IMG/VR virus record: IMGVR_UViG_3300028886_000081
Origin: an uncultured virus (IMG/VR IMGVR_UViG_3300028886_000081)
Taxonomy: Duplodnaviria > Heunggongvirae > Uroviricota > Caudoviricetes
Length of the DNA stretch: 64,000 bases
Reading direction: 5' to 3' (one strand)
Shown: in pieces, positions 40,766 through 51,406 of the stretch
How positions within the stretch are numbered: position 1 is the stretch's first letter
Layout: the number at the start of each line of letters is the position of its first letter
Notes under the pieces: model-generated
Told to the model about the DNA's origin: nothing
What the model saw: the letters and a program-made list of their open reading frames with translations, nothing else
The model's database searches: none
Made by a program: the position numbers and the translations under genes

Positions 40766-41419
40766 TTATTCGATATTGTTTGCTTTTCCCCTTAATGTGT
40801 CTGCTTTATAGTACACTGCTTCACCATTAGAGAAAACACCGCCACAGACAAGAGTTTCATCACATATATATTCACAAAGGCTGTCCGCTTCTTCTGAAAA
40901 TTTAGTAATTAATTTATTAACCCATTTCTCAAAGTTCTTACGTTGGATTTTTGCCATACCTTCATTTTCATTTGAAGCATAGTAAAACCATTCCTCGGAT
41001 ATGGCTTCAATAAAATCCTCTGTAGAATAGTAATCACATAAATAGAACTTTTCTCCGTTTACAGATACACATATATCCCAATCATAGAGCATCCCTGAAT
41101 AATATCCACCCCTTGCAAATATTTCCTCTATGAACTTAATGGAATTCCACCATCTGTCAGACCATTTCTTACCAAAGACTTCGTAATTATCCTTTTTAAG
41201 AAACGAACATCCTTCCATGTTTATGTTATATGAACCCTTTTCGGCTTCAAAACCCTTCTCCTTCGCATCTTCAGCAGCGAATTCCAAGTCCATATCATAG
41301 TCAAAGGAATCCTTTATGCATTCAACTTCTTCTTCCCTCTCATCATCATAACGTGTAGTAATGTCGGAAACTACATAATAGTTCAACGCATTAACCTTAC
41401 TGAAATTAGGGCAACTCAT
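40766..41419 (-). CDS. Acidic hypothetical protein (FSNGEAVY C-terminus)
   Basis: 217 aa ORF. Confidence 0.8.
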   Translation of the reverse strand: MSCPNFSKVNALNYYVVSDITTRYDDEREEEVECIKDSFDYDMDLEFAAEDAKEKGFEAEKGSYNINMEGCSFLKKDNYEVFGKKWSDRWWNSIKFIEEIFARGGYYSGMLYDWDICVSVNGEKFYLCDYYSTEDFIEAISEEWFYYASNENEGMAKIQRKNFEKWVNKLITKFSEEADSLCEYICDETLVCGGVFSNGEAVYYKADTLRGKANNIE

Positions 41420-41629
41420 ACTTATTTCTCCTTTCTATTATTTTAGTTGTTATTACTTATTGTCCAACTTGTAGGCAGCATATACAATACCGCAAAGAAT
41501 CAACAAAGTGATTAACGCGCATTTCAGATATAAATTAAACTGAAATACGATAAGACATAACACAATAATCAGTAATGTAATATAAACTTTCTTCAGATAC
41601 ATAAAACGTGAATTTAAGTTGTTTCGAAA

Positions 41630-41780
41630 ATCGGTGCAAAGTTATGCATTATTTTCCATACCACCAAATAATTTCACGTTTTTTATGTATTTTTTCCTAC
41701 ATATGTTAATTTAACTGAATTACATGAAAATAATTCAATTAAAATTTGTATATATCATATAAACACACTACCTTTGCAGA
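41630..41780. promoter_or_regulatory. Back-to-back promoters at the main strand switch
   Basis: TAACTTTG on minus (~41637-41644) and TACCTTTG on plus (~41768-41775). Confidence 0.75.
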
Positions 41781-41832
41781 AAATTTGAGAGAATATATAT
41801 TATACATTGTTTAATTTAATTCAGTCGGATTT

Positions 41833-42105
41833 ATGAGAAATAGGGATTTTATGTCATGTTTCGTTAATGGTCAAAAAGCAGTTAACGGAAATCTGAGAAG
41901 TGAAGGTGATACACTATTCTCCTACTTCACTGCCATCGGTCAGAAAATCAATGGCAAGTATGTAGTAAATAGTACTAAGTATTCAGTAAGTACCTCTACA
42001 CATCAGACCTATCTGAGAAGGGAACTCCAAAAACGTAGTATTAACTTTGTAGAAACTACAAAGTACGTACCAAAGGAAACTAAGGATTTAACTGCCTATA
42101 TCTAA
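41833..42105 (+). CDS. Hypothetical protein
   Basis: 90 aa ORF (YSVSTSTHQ); followed by hairpin 42115-42150. Confidence 0.8.
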   Translation: MRNRDFMSCFVNGQKAVNGNLRSEGDTLFSYFTAIGQKINGKYVVNSTKYSVSTSTHQTYLRRELQKRSINFVETTKYVPKETKDLTAYI

Positions 42106-42179
42106 AAAATACGTAACACCCCTACTGATTATTTAGTCGGTAAGGGTGTTGTTTTTTTAAAAAATAATAAGAAAACATA

Positions 42180-42235
42180 TAAGCATGACGGAGTCAAAAC
42201 TTTAAGGTTTCACCCTTACCCTCTGTATTTCTACA
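42180..42235 (-). ncRNA. Candidate multicopy small RNA, copy 1 of 7
   Basis: Promoter then TAAGG-GTGAAA-CCTTA-AAGTTTTGACTCCG; other copies ~44185, 46560, 48635, 50975, 52045, 54950. Confidence 0.55.
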
Positions 42236-42544
42236 CTGCAAAGTACGGCATTTTTTCCGACATATCCAAACTTTTTTACCACTTTAACATAACTTTAACA
42301 TTTCATATTCTGTATATATGTATATTTCAAATATTCCATATATTTCGTATATCTATATATTTCATATATACAAATATTTGAATATCTGTATATTTGTATA
42401 TTTAGATATTTGGTGAAATGTAAATATAGTATTAAAAATGTTAATTTATGTATTTTTGTTTGGTGGTTTCGTAAAAAAGCCATACCTTTGTCACAGATTT
42501 AGAAAACAAATGAATTAATAATAACTCTTAATACATTATATATT

Positions 42545-43231
42545 ATGGCAAGTAATACAGAATTCGAGAAAAGTCAGTACATCGTAGTTAACGGAAAGAG
42601 AATGCTCCTTAGCGAGTACCGTAAGATGAAAAAGGGTGCAGCACCCAAGAAGAAGCGTACAAGCCGTATCAAGGCTACTGACGTGGTTGGCAGCGGTTAC
42701 AAGGATATTTCCTTCATTGCCATCGAATCAGATAAACTGATAAAGAATGCCGCTCCGTTCAAGTCTCTGTCTGTTTTCTATAACCATGCCTATCGTTCTT
42801 ACGGCAAGGTATCAGAAGAGATTATGAAGCCCTACAGACGCGAATACACCCTCTATCAGTCCAAGTACAGAGAGGTCGAAAACCTTATTAAGGTAATGCA
42901 CGATTGTGCCAAGAATAAGGAAAACGAGGTTTATGACTTCGCCATCAAGTTGTCATGGAAGTTGGATGATATGAAAGAGTCACTTAACAACCTTATCAAC
43001 AAGGTACGCGACAATCACGAAGTTACAAAGAGACTATTCGGTGGTCAGCCTATCTATGAGGGTAGGAAATTAGGCGGCAAGACCGAAAGAGAGTTAGGAT
43101 TCAAGCAGCAGTTGTTCTGTCAGTCACCGACAAAGATTTGCAAGACTATGGAAAAATTAGAAGAGTGTGTAAAGACCATTGAGAATTGGGGTAAGGTCGG
43201 CAGAGACCCCATGGAGTACAAGGCATTCTAA
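42545..43231 (+). CDS. Basic hypothetical protein
   Basis: 228 aa ORF with own promoter. Confidence 0.8.
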   Translation: MASNTEFEKSQYIVVNGKRMLLSEYRKMKKGAAPKKKRTSRIKATDVVGSGYKDISFIAIESDKLIKNAAPFKSLSVFYNHAYRSYGKVSEEIMKPYRREYTLYQSKYREVENLIKVMHDCAKNKENEVYDFAIKLSWKLDDMKESLNNLINKVRDNHEVTKRLFGGQPIYEGRKLGGKTERELGFKQQLFCQSPTKICKTMEKLEECVKTIENWGKVGRDPMEYKAF

Positions 43232-43326
43232 GAAGTTAAGAGAATACTACCACTGAATCAGTAAGTTCGGTGGTAGTACATTCAGAGTTCATTAAAAATA
43301 AATTAAATACTAAAAAATTCGTTATT

Positions 43327-43881
43327 ATGGAAAAGAAAGAGATTTTAGAGAAGGAGCATGACATTAAGGTGGAGATTTTAAGGGAAATACGCAAAGTTCT
43401 TCCCAATGGTGTTCATGAGTTCAAGAATAAGTTTTATATCCACTATGTTGAGGGTGAGGTTGCTACTACCGAAGTATGCAAAGCAGTTGAGGTTTGTGCG
43501 GAAGAAGGGCAGATGGTAAAAATACATACAATTCTCGGTAGAGACACAGATATTACAGATGGTGAAGCTGTCCTTTGTTATGATATCACTTCGCTTGCTG
43601 ATATTTTAGACAACCTCAAAAAGGAATTTTCTTCTTATAAGGATTTTGTTTTGGAGTGTCTGAATACACTTAGCAAAAACGAGCTATTTGTTACTTTGCT
43701 TAGGTTTGGTGTTATCAAATTACGTGCCGAAAACTATGCCTATGAGGAATCTTCAAATTACACGAAAAGGAAGTTTTGCCGTTCGATTGAAGAAGCCATA
43801 AAATTTGTGGAAAACAATAACGGTCATACATGTATTTATGCGGACGGCTTTGGATGTGTAAGTATATTCGACCTACCATGA
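43327..43881 (+). CDS. Hypothetical protein
   Basis: ORF; start MEKKEIL. Confidence 0.75.
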   Translation: MEKKEILEKEHDIKVEILREIRKVLPNGVHEFKNKFYIHYVEGEVATTEVCKAVEVCAEEGQMVKIHTILGRDTDITDGEAVLCYDITSLADILDNLKKEFSSYKDFVLECLNTLSKNELFVTLLRFGVIKLRAENYAYEESSNYTKRKFCRSIEEAIKFVENNNGHTCIYADGFGCVSIFDLP

Positions 43882-44102
43882 TATTAGCATTCTATAAAAT
43901 GATAAACTCAAGGGGCTATGATAACCATACCTTTGAGTTTATCTCTGAAGAGCCGCAGACCATACAGAAAATGTTATCTGAACTCAATGATGGTGAAGTA
44001 AGGCTGTATGATATGGCAGACAAATTTGATATTATTTCATTTGAAAATGATTTCAATAACGGAACACTCGATAACTATTGGTGCGTAACAATTAAATACT
44101 AA
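43878..44102 (+). CDS. Hypothetical protein
   Basis: ATGA-coupled ORF. Confidence 0.65.
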   Translation: MILAFYKMINSRGYDNHTFEFISEEPQTIQKMLSELNDGEVRLYDMADKFDIISFENDFNNGTLDNYWCVTIKY

Positions 44103-44421
44103 AAAATTAGTTCTCCCCTATCTTCTAAGAAAATAGTCGGTAGGGGAAGTTTATTTTTAAAAAGATAAGAAGATAGTATATATGCGTGACGGAGTCAAAA
44201 CTTTAAGGTTTCACCCTTACCATCTTACCTTGTTTGGTACTGCAAAGTACGGCATTTTTTTCCATATAACCAAGCATTTTCCGATATTTAACATGAATTT
44301 AACCCAATTAGGATAGAAAAGTTAATTAATGTTTAACACATGAAAATAATTGTGTTTTTGTTTGGTGGTTACATAAAAAAGTCATACCTTTGCAGCAGAA
44401 AACGATTAAAAACTAATTGAT

Positions 44422-44745
44422 ATGTATTATATTGTAACTTATAAGGTTATCACGATTGACCCAAAGGGAAACGAGACAAAGGACAAATTTATCTTGGGTA
44501 TATTCGATTCATTTGAGAAGGGCAGAGACTATCTGCGGAAGTACTACGAGAATACGGACAAAAACATAACGTATGATAGGGAAGAAATACAGACAAGAGA
44601 AGTAAAGAACGGAAATTCCGATTGCTGCGTTTATAAAAGGATGACTGAAATGGGCACAACCATGATAGGGAAAATGAAGATTGTACCCTTTGAAGTAAAT
44701 GCACTTTCAGACCCTATTAAGGACATAAACGAGATTTTGTGTTAA
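44422..44745 (+). CDS. Hypothetical protein
   Basis: 107 aa ORF after promoter. Confidence 0.75.
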   Translation: MYYIVTYKVITIDPKGNETKDKFILGIFDSFEKGRDYLRKYYENTDKNITYDREEIQTREVKNGNSDCCVYKRMTEMGTTMIGKMKIVPFEVNALSDPIKDINEILC

Positions 44746-44820
44746 AAAATGTCTAAAGATTTGCATATATCAGAAAAAAGTCATACCTTTGCAGCAGAAA
44801 ACGATTAAAAACTAATTGAT

Positions 44821-45069
44821 ATGGATAAAGTATTAAAATTACATTTAGGTTATGCTTTTGAAGATTTCATAGAAACCTTTGAACATGGCGACTATACATA
44901 CTATGACATTTTATCCATGTCTAATGATGAGGAAACAAAGGAAAAAAATGAAGAAGTTATAAGGGAGTTTTTTGCTTATGCATATAGCGAATTTTTTAAG
45001 AAAGTAGCAGAAGATTTCATGCCTAATGTTTCTAATTCTTTTTGGAACGTGGAAGTAAATATTTACTAA
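44821..45069 (+). CDS. Acidic hypothetical protein
   Basis: 82 aa ORF after duplicated promoter-leader. Confidence 0.75.
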   Translation: MDKVLKLHLGYAFEDFIETFEHGDYTYYDILSMSNDEETKEKNEEVIREFFAYAYSEFFKKVAEDFMPNVSNSFWNVEVNIY

Positions 45070-45085
45070 TTAATTCGGATTTTCT

Positions 45086-45406
45086 ATGGATATAGTTGTT
45101 ATTTCTTCAGTAAGCATTTTAATCTTAGTTACATTGGCGGTAATGGGTCAGAGTAATAGGAATATTTATCTGAATAAGGGTTGGGTTAACAAAACAAATT
45201 CTAAAACATCTATACCGACTTTTGAGATATATTCAGTTAGAATAACATACGGATGTAATAATGAAAAAGTAGCTGAATATAAGGCGAAATGTTGGTTTAA
45301 AACAAAAAATGACCTTGATTATAATGAAGTGATTTTTTATGATACCATCGGAAAATATAGTGTAGGTGATTATTTAGTATTAACAAAAACAGAAAATTTT
45401 ATATGA
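45086..45406 (+). CDS. Membrane-anchored hypothetical protein
   Basis: N-terminal hydrophobic segment. Confidence 0.65.
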   Translation: MDIVVISSVSILILVTLAVMGQSNRNIYLNKGWVNKTNSKTSIPTFEIYSVRITYGCNNEKVAEYKAKCWFKTKNDLDYNEVIFYDTIGKYSVGDYLVLTKTENFI

Positions 45407-45738
45407 AAAAGATAGTAATCCACAAAAGTCAGTTCTATGATGATTCATTCGGAACAACTTCACATTCGATAAAGTTCTGTGACAACTTTGAGGATGCAAA
45501 GGCAAAAATCCTTAGTGACGTTAAGGAATATTATGAAGGTAACGAAGAAGTTAGTAATTGCGAGACTTTGGACGAACTAAGCCAACTCTTAAGAAAAGAC
45601 ATAAGTTGCATATACAATGACGTGAAAGAATCTTCTCCGATTAATACTTTCGCATTTATGTTTGAAGATAACGGAAAAGGTGCAATGTATGAGATGACAT
45701 TTGTTGACGATAATACAGAAAATTGGCAGACAATATAA
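45403..45738 (+). CDS. Hypothetical protein
   Basis: 111 aa ORF. Confidence 0.75.
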   Translation: MKKIVIHKSQFYDDSFGTTSHSIKFCDNFEDAKAKILSDVKEYYEGNEEVSNCETLDELSQLLRKDISCIYNDVKESSPINTFAFMFEDNGKGAMYEMTFVDDNTENWQTI

Positions 45739-45756
45739 ACAGATTAATAATAAAAC

Positions 45757-46104
45757 ATGGCAAAAGACGAAAAGCAATATAGTATAAGGTTAAAGAACGG
45801 AAAGTATATAGGTTTGGTCAATTTCGGCAAAACCTATATTCCTTGTGAAAATTTCTGCATACTTCGCAATATTTCAGAAGATAACGCTAAAAAAATAGCA
45901 AAGGATTGGGACGGACAACTCTTTGAGGTTAAATTTAAACCATGCCTTAAAATCAATAAAGGTGAAGGTTGGGAAATATCTGACTTCTTCACTTGTAATA
46001 ATGTAGAAGTGGAAAACAGAAAACGCGAACTCAAAAAAGAATATCCGAACGCAAGGTTCAGAAGAACATACGCTAATCAAGAAATACCTATCGACTTAGA
46101 TTAA
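45757..46104 (+). CDS. Hypothetical protein
   Basis: 115 aa ORF. Confidence 0.75.
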   Translation: MAKDEKQYSIRLKNGKYIGLVNFGKTYIPCENFCILRNISEDNAKKIAKDWDGQLFEVKFKPCLKINKGEGWEISDFFTCNNVEVENRKRELKKEYPNARFRRTYANQEIPIDLD

Positions 46105-46135
46105 AATCTATTTAATATTAAAAAATTAGTAAACC

Positions 46136-46465
46136 ATGAGTACGAGAGCAACTATCCTTATAAGAGAAGGAAAAGACGAAGTAAGACTATATCACCACCA
46201 TGACGGATATCCAAGCGGTGTGGGCAAGGATTTGAAAAATTATCTCAATAAGAATCCAAACAGATATTGGGATGCCTACGAGATTGCAAATGAACTGATA
46301 AAGGGAGACTGCGTAAAGGATGACGAATACGAATTAACTTCTTGTCAGCATGGGGATGAGGAATACGCCTATCTTATTGACTGCAAAGATAAATCCATTA
46401 CTTGCTACAAGGTAGGTTGGGACGATTTGGATTGGACTGAAGATAAAATTGTGGAAATTCCATAG
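46136..46465 (+). CDS. Phage hypothetical protein (MSTR..YxHxDGYP type)
   Basis: Motif LYHHHDGYP..EEYAYLID. Confidence 0.8.
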   Translation: MSTRATILIREGKDEVRLYHHHDGYPSGVGKDLKNYLNKNPNRYWDAYEIANELIKGDCVKDDEYELTSCQHGDEEYAYLIDCKDKSITCYKVGWDDLDWTEDKIVEIP

Positions 46466-46744
46466 CAGTTAGATTAAATATTAATTCATTTAACATAATT
46501 TAACCGGGATTGTTTGTCAGTCTCGGTTTTTTTATATACCTTTGTACCATGAAACAATGAAGGTAAGGGTAAAACTTTAAAGTATTGTCTCCGACCCATG
46601 TATAATATACAATTTTTTAGTAGTTTATTATAATTTAGTAGTAATGTTAAATAAACCTTATACACTGAAAATAATTCTAGAAATACTTGCATGAATTAAA
46701 ATAAAGTTGTACCTTTGCAGCAGAAATCAGAAAAAAACAGATAT

Positions 46745-47098
46745 ATGAGCAAGAAAAAGGAATTTATGTATAATGTACGAGTAAATAACTTTGACGTGGT
46801 TACAGACTTCATTGAAGTAGGTAAATTCTATGTATGTATGCGTATGCCGAAGGATTGTTGGACAGCATTTCACATGGCTAAGCAAAAAGGCATTGTCGCA
46901 TACAGACGTAACGGATATATGTGGATTCAAGCCTATACAGAACACGTTACAAAAATTACCCATCTGTATTCTGTCGAGCCTAAATTCTCTGTAAGTACCT
47001 ATTTCCCCAAAAAGAATGAGTTATACACAAGTGATAAAAAACAACAGACATTGAATGATTTACTTAACTATTTAGAAACACAGAACCCATGCATATAA
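46745..47098 (+). CDS. Hypothetical protein
   Basis: ORF after promoter; start MSKKK. Confidence 0.75.
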   Translation: MSKKKEFMYNVRVNNFDVVTDFIEVGKFYVCMRMPKDCWTAFHMAKQKGIVAYRRNGYMWIQAYTEHVTKITHLYSVEPKFSVSTYFPKKNELYTSDKKQQTLNDLLNYLETQNPCI

Positions 47099-47277
47099 AA
47101 CTTAAATATCAAATAAGGGATTATTTCAGAAGTAACAATTATGTAGTAAGGGAACTTATTTATGATTGTGACCCTAATAAGACTGATAGGGAAAATTTGG
47201 ACGATGCTTTTGGCAAGGCTTGTGAATTGGGTGCAGAACCTAATAAACAGATAAGGTGGGGTTTTATAGAAGGATAA
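47089..47277 (+). CDS. Hypothetical protein
   Basis: 62 aa ORF. Confidence 0.65.
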   Translation: MHIKLKYQIRDYFRSNNYVVRELIYDCDPNKTDRENLDDAFGKACELGAEPNKQIRWGFIEG

Positions 47278-47617
47278 TCCGATAAAGAGGATTTATAGAA
47301 GAATAATTCAATAATATAAATAAACCATGAGTGCGGAAGATATTTTAATTACTTTGGGATTCGTTGACGGAGGTTTCACGAATTGGAAGAAATGGAATGA
47401 CAATGAGTGTGCGGAGTATATCAAGGGCAGATATAATTGCTCTGATGAAGTTTCTAAGAAAGTAGGAGCAGTCATATCGAAATGGACTCCATAACATAAA
47501 TTAACATTTCACTTAACACTTTTTAACTGGGCAAGTATTGCACAATCCAAAAAATTGTCATACCTTTGCAGAGTCAAAAGATAAGATATTGTTTAACATT
47601 ATAAATTTTATAGGCTT

Positions 47618-48166
47618 ATGAAAAAGAATTCAGTTGAGACCGCAATCCGTAATGCAGCAGAAAACAAGATTAACGGAAAGTACAACCTACCCCAATTCAA
47701 GAAGGAGGGTACACCACACTATGAGGAACGTCAGAAAGCGTTACTCCACAAGAAGGTATGCGAAGAAATTGTAGCCTTTGCAGCCGCTCACAAGGATATT
47801 CCATTCTATTTCATTCTCCAAGTCGGTGTATCGAAGGGGGCATTCAAACTCTCGGAGTTCAACAAGGGTTACAAGTCATTCAATGCCGCTAAGGTGGAAG
47901 AAGTACACCGCATGGGCATGGAGTACAACAAGTACAACGGACGAGAGGGCAAGAAAATGTCGGACGTTACAATACGTCTCATTATGAGATTCTATGAGAA
48001 GGTCAGCACCGATTTTGACACGTTCATGGACGCTCTCTCCAAGTCCCAAGTATTAGGCAAGGAGTGCGGCAAGCGCGGAAGCTATGAAGCCCTGTGTAAG
48101 AACCTCAATATCCCCATAAAGGATAAAGAGGACGCACAAGAGACTATCACCCAAGCAGCAGCCTAA
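47618..48166 (+). CDS. Hypothetical protein ending QAAA
   Basis: 182 aa ORF with own promoter. Confidence 0.8.
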   Translation: MKKNSVETAIRNAAENKINGKYNLPQFKKEGTPHYEERQKALLHKKVCEEIVAFAAAHKDIPFYFILQVGVSKGAFKLSEFNKGYKSFNAAKVEEVHRMGMEYNKYNGREGKKMSDVTIRLIMRFYEKVSTDFDTFMDALSKSQVLGKECGKRGSYEALCKNLNIPIKDKEDAQETITQAAA

Positions 48167-48822
48167 AAAACAACAACCCCAAAACCTCTCAACGCATGAG
48201 AACAAGAGACCGACCCATAACTTAAAAGTTAGTATATTATAGAGAGTGGGATGAATATAAAGCAGTCTAACTTATTAAAAAAGTCCTATCTATGAAGGCA
48301 AGAGACAAGCCATAATTACATAACATATATATTTTATTTAATTTTATAAGAATTAGGAAAAAACGAACTGATAGTGTAGTAACGCTGCGTAAGGCTCTAT
48401 GGGTTTTCCTCAATATTGGGGTTTAGAATTGAGCCGCAAAGAAGTCCACGACTATGGCAAGAGACCGACCCATTACTTAGATTTTAATATTTATAATTTA
48501 TTTAGTTTTCAGAAATGGTGGAGTAATATAAACGCTCCCCATTTTTTTGTATATAAAAATTAACATTTCATTTCATATTAATTAACATGAAAAATTTGTC
48601 TGTATGGAATATTATTCCGACCTTTGCACTATGAAAAGGTAAGGGTAAAACTTTAAAGTATTGTCTCCGACCCATATATAATAACTAATTTTTTAATAAG
48701 TTAATACAATTTAGTAGTAATGTTAAATAAACTTTATAGACTGAAAATAATTTGTTTTTTACTTGTATATATGGAAGAATATGTGTAATTTTGCATTGTC
48801 AAACATAATAAAACTGATTAAT

Positions 48823-49074
48823 ATGGAAAAGATAACGATTAATTTCAATGGAAATGAATACGAAGCAAGGGTTATTAACCTACCTCCCCAACTCGGTGGT
48901 TTTAGAACCCTTGTAGCTGATGTTGAGTTGTTCTTTGCAATCGAAGAAGAAATAGGACACGAAGAAGCAACCGAAATAGACAATTACATTTACTTTTACT
49001 TCGATAGCGGTGTTCTGTCAGATAACATGACAGATGAGGAAATTATTAAGTATTTAGAAAAGAACGTATTATGA
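48823..49074 (+). CDS. Acidic hypothetical protein
   Basis: ORF; start MEKITIN. Confidence 0.75.
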   Translation: MEKITINFNGNEYEARVINLPPQLGGFRTLVADVELFFAIEEEIGHEEATEIDNYIYFYFDSGVLSDNMTDEEIIKYLEKNVL

Positions 49075-49190
49075 TTTATATGGTAAACGGAAAACTCAGA
49101 TTTTCAATTTCTGAAAAGTCAATTCAAGATAATGTAAAACAAGTTTTCGACAATGCAAAGTACGAGAAAAGAAAAGAAGCGGCATAACCT

Positions 49191-49394
49191 ATGGGAAAGA
49201 TAAAGATTTTAAATGACCCTCACGGAACATATAAAGAAGGGTCGGTATATGAAGTTACAGACATTATAAGAGACTACTGCGAAGCCAACGAAGGTGTAGA
49301 TAACGGAATAACAGACTATGTCTGTAGAATACCTATTGCATCAGCTATAGACTTTATCTGCGAGGCTTGGCAAATAAATTACAAATTCGTTTAA
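49191..49394 (+). CDS. Hypothetical protein
   Basis: 67 aa ORF. Confidence 0.7.
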   Translation: MGKIKILNDPHGTYKEGSVYEVTDIIRDYCEANEGVDNGITDYVCRIPIASAIDFICEAWQINYKFV

Positions 49395-49420
49395 TAACAA
49401 TTACTAAAAATATCTGACTT

Positions 49421-49951
49421 ATGAATATCAATCCATATGTATCTTTGGCAAAGGGAGAAATGTCCAAAAACCAAACAATGCTCAATAAGTTCAAAACCGA
49501 AAGAGATGAACTTCAGACAATCCTCAATGACATATCTTCTGCCGAACAGAAAAACGTTAGCGGAATATCGTCATTCTGCCCTTATATTATCTTTGTAAGG
49601 TTAGATGCACTGAAAAGCAAGGATTACCCCAACAGAATAGCACAGAATTCAGTTTACCTTGAATTCGAAGTTGACCTTATTGAAAAGAAGGTTGAATTAC
49701 ATACAAATGGTTCTATATGGCTGTCACCCTATGACAGAGAACACAAATACAAATATCTCGCTATGAAGTCAATGGTAAACGTACTTACCGACTTTGGCGG
49801 CAAGAAGTTCAGAAAACAGTCATTCAAAAATATGAAAGACCTTGCTGCGAGAATGGAGAATTATTACATAAATGTAATGGAAGCCGTGAAGAAATACACA
49901 GATAACAAGTACCCATATAAAGAAGGTACACTAACGGAAGAAGCAGCATGA
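49421..49951 (+). CDS. Hypothetical protein ending EEAA
   Basis: 176 aa ORF. Confidence 0.8.
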   Translation: MNINPYVSLAKGEMSKNQTMLNKFKTERDELQTILNDISSAEQKNVSGISSFCPYIIFVRLDALKSKDYPNRIAQNSVYLEFEVDLIEKKVELHTNGSIWLSPYDREHKYKYLAMKSMVNVLTDFGGKKFRKQSFKNMKDLAARMENYYINVMEAVKKYTDNKYPYKEGTLTEEAA

Positions 49952-50205
49952 AAGCGTATGGAAACGAGTAGTATTAATACTACTCACTTCTTTTTTAATA
50001 CTAAAAAATTAGTACCTATGTACTCAAATGAGTACGGTATATACTTTTAATCTGATTAACATAATTTAATAGTATTATACCGCAAATGTTAATTAAACTT
50101 TATACATTGAAAATAATTCATTTAGAATTTGCATAGTTCAATTATTCTCACTACCTTTGCAGCAGATTTAGAAAACAATAATAACAATTCTAATTTAATT
50201 TAAGT

Positions 50206-50871
50206 ATGGAAACTAATAATAAAGGCTTAACAAGAGAGAGAGTTCTTAAAGAGATTGAACAAGCAGTTAAAGAGTACGGAATTTGGGGAACGGGGTTAAA
50301 CGGTAATAATACTCTATGTTTCTCTTTTGATGAACCAAAGGTAAAAGGTTCAGACAATACCGAGTTGCAATATATTATCATTAGTGGTGATGATGATGAA
50401 CAAAACGATAAAAACTTAGAATTGAGATACCTTGCCTTCAGATTCTATAATGAAAAAGAAGAGGAATTGGAATATGTGGAAGCAGAAGAACTCTCTACTG
50501 ATAAATTAATAGAAATCAATAACGAGATTAACGCTGCCATAGAAAGCGGAAAATACGAACAAGAAAATTTCGATGCTGATATTAGGGATTGGTACAAATA
50601 TGCTAAACACTGTGGCAGAAAACGTGACAAGAAGGATTTGTGTGCATATGAGAATAAGTTAACAAAAACTTTCCTTAATGTGGGTAATAACTCAAGGTAT
50701 CGTGATATTGCATTATGGTATATGCAGAAATGCAAGGAAGAAGGTACTACTTTTGTAAAAGACCATTACACCATGTACCCCGCTCCATATGCTAAAATCA
50801 TAGGAATCGAAAAGTACATGACATCAGAAGAAATCATGCTCCATTTCATTAACGATTTTGATAAATATTAA
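50206..50871 (+). CDS. Hypothetical protein
   Basis: 221 aa ORF with own promoter. Confidence 0.8.
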   Translation: METNNKGLTRERVLKEIEQAVKEYGIWGTGLNGNNTLCFSFDEPKVKGSDNTELQYIIISGDDDEQNDKNLELRYLAFRFYNEKEEELEYVEAEELSTDKLIEINNEINAAIESGKYEQENFDADIRDWYKYAKHCGRKRDKKDLCAYENKLTKTFLNVGNNSRYRDIALWYMQKCKEEGTTFVKDHYTMYPAPYAKIIGIEKYMTSEEIMLHFINDFDKY

Positions 50872-50898
50872 CTGATACAAAGAATAATTGTCATAATC

Positions 50899-50939
50899 AG
50901 AATGTACTTGCTTGTGATAAGTAGGTACGTTCATTTTTT
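50899..50939 (+). terminator. Repeated terminator-like hairpin (also ~51969-52008, ~54784-54826)
   Basis: GAAyGTACyyGCTTGTGATAAGTrGGTACGyTC followed by T-rich tract after three genes. Confidence 0.7.
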
Positions 50940-51406
50940 ATATATCCGCTACTAAAAAATTATAATATATGTACGTGACGGAGACAATTCTTTAAGGTTT
51001 CACCCTTACCCTCTGTATTTCTACACTGCAAAATTACACATATTCTGCCATATATACAAGTTTATCCTAATTTATTTTAATCTGATTAACATTATTTAAC
51101 CGGTAATATCATGAAATGTTAATTAATACTTATACACTGAAAATAATTCAATTAAAATTTGCATATATCAATTAATCATCGTACCTTTGCATTGTCAAAC
51201 AAAAAAACAATATGACTTATGAATAATCTTATAAAGGCAATTAACAGAAGTATAAACGCAAAAAACAAGGTACATAACTTTGTATTCGTTGATTCACAAC
51301 AGACATATAGAGTTGTTAAGATGTTGTCAAAGTATTGGAAAACCAATGTAAGAGAAGCATATAAAATGTATGCAGAGTATCTGTTCAATTAATATAAATA
51401 AGTATT

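Noticed and set aside
42295..42483. Minus-strand ORF in TATAT low-complexity tract
   Set aside because: Y/I/K-biased product of an AT-rich repeat in a promoter region
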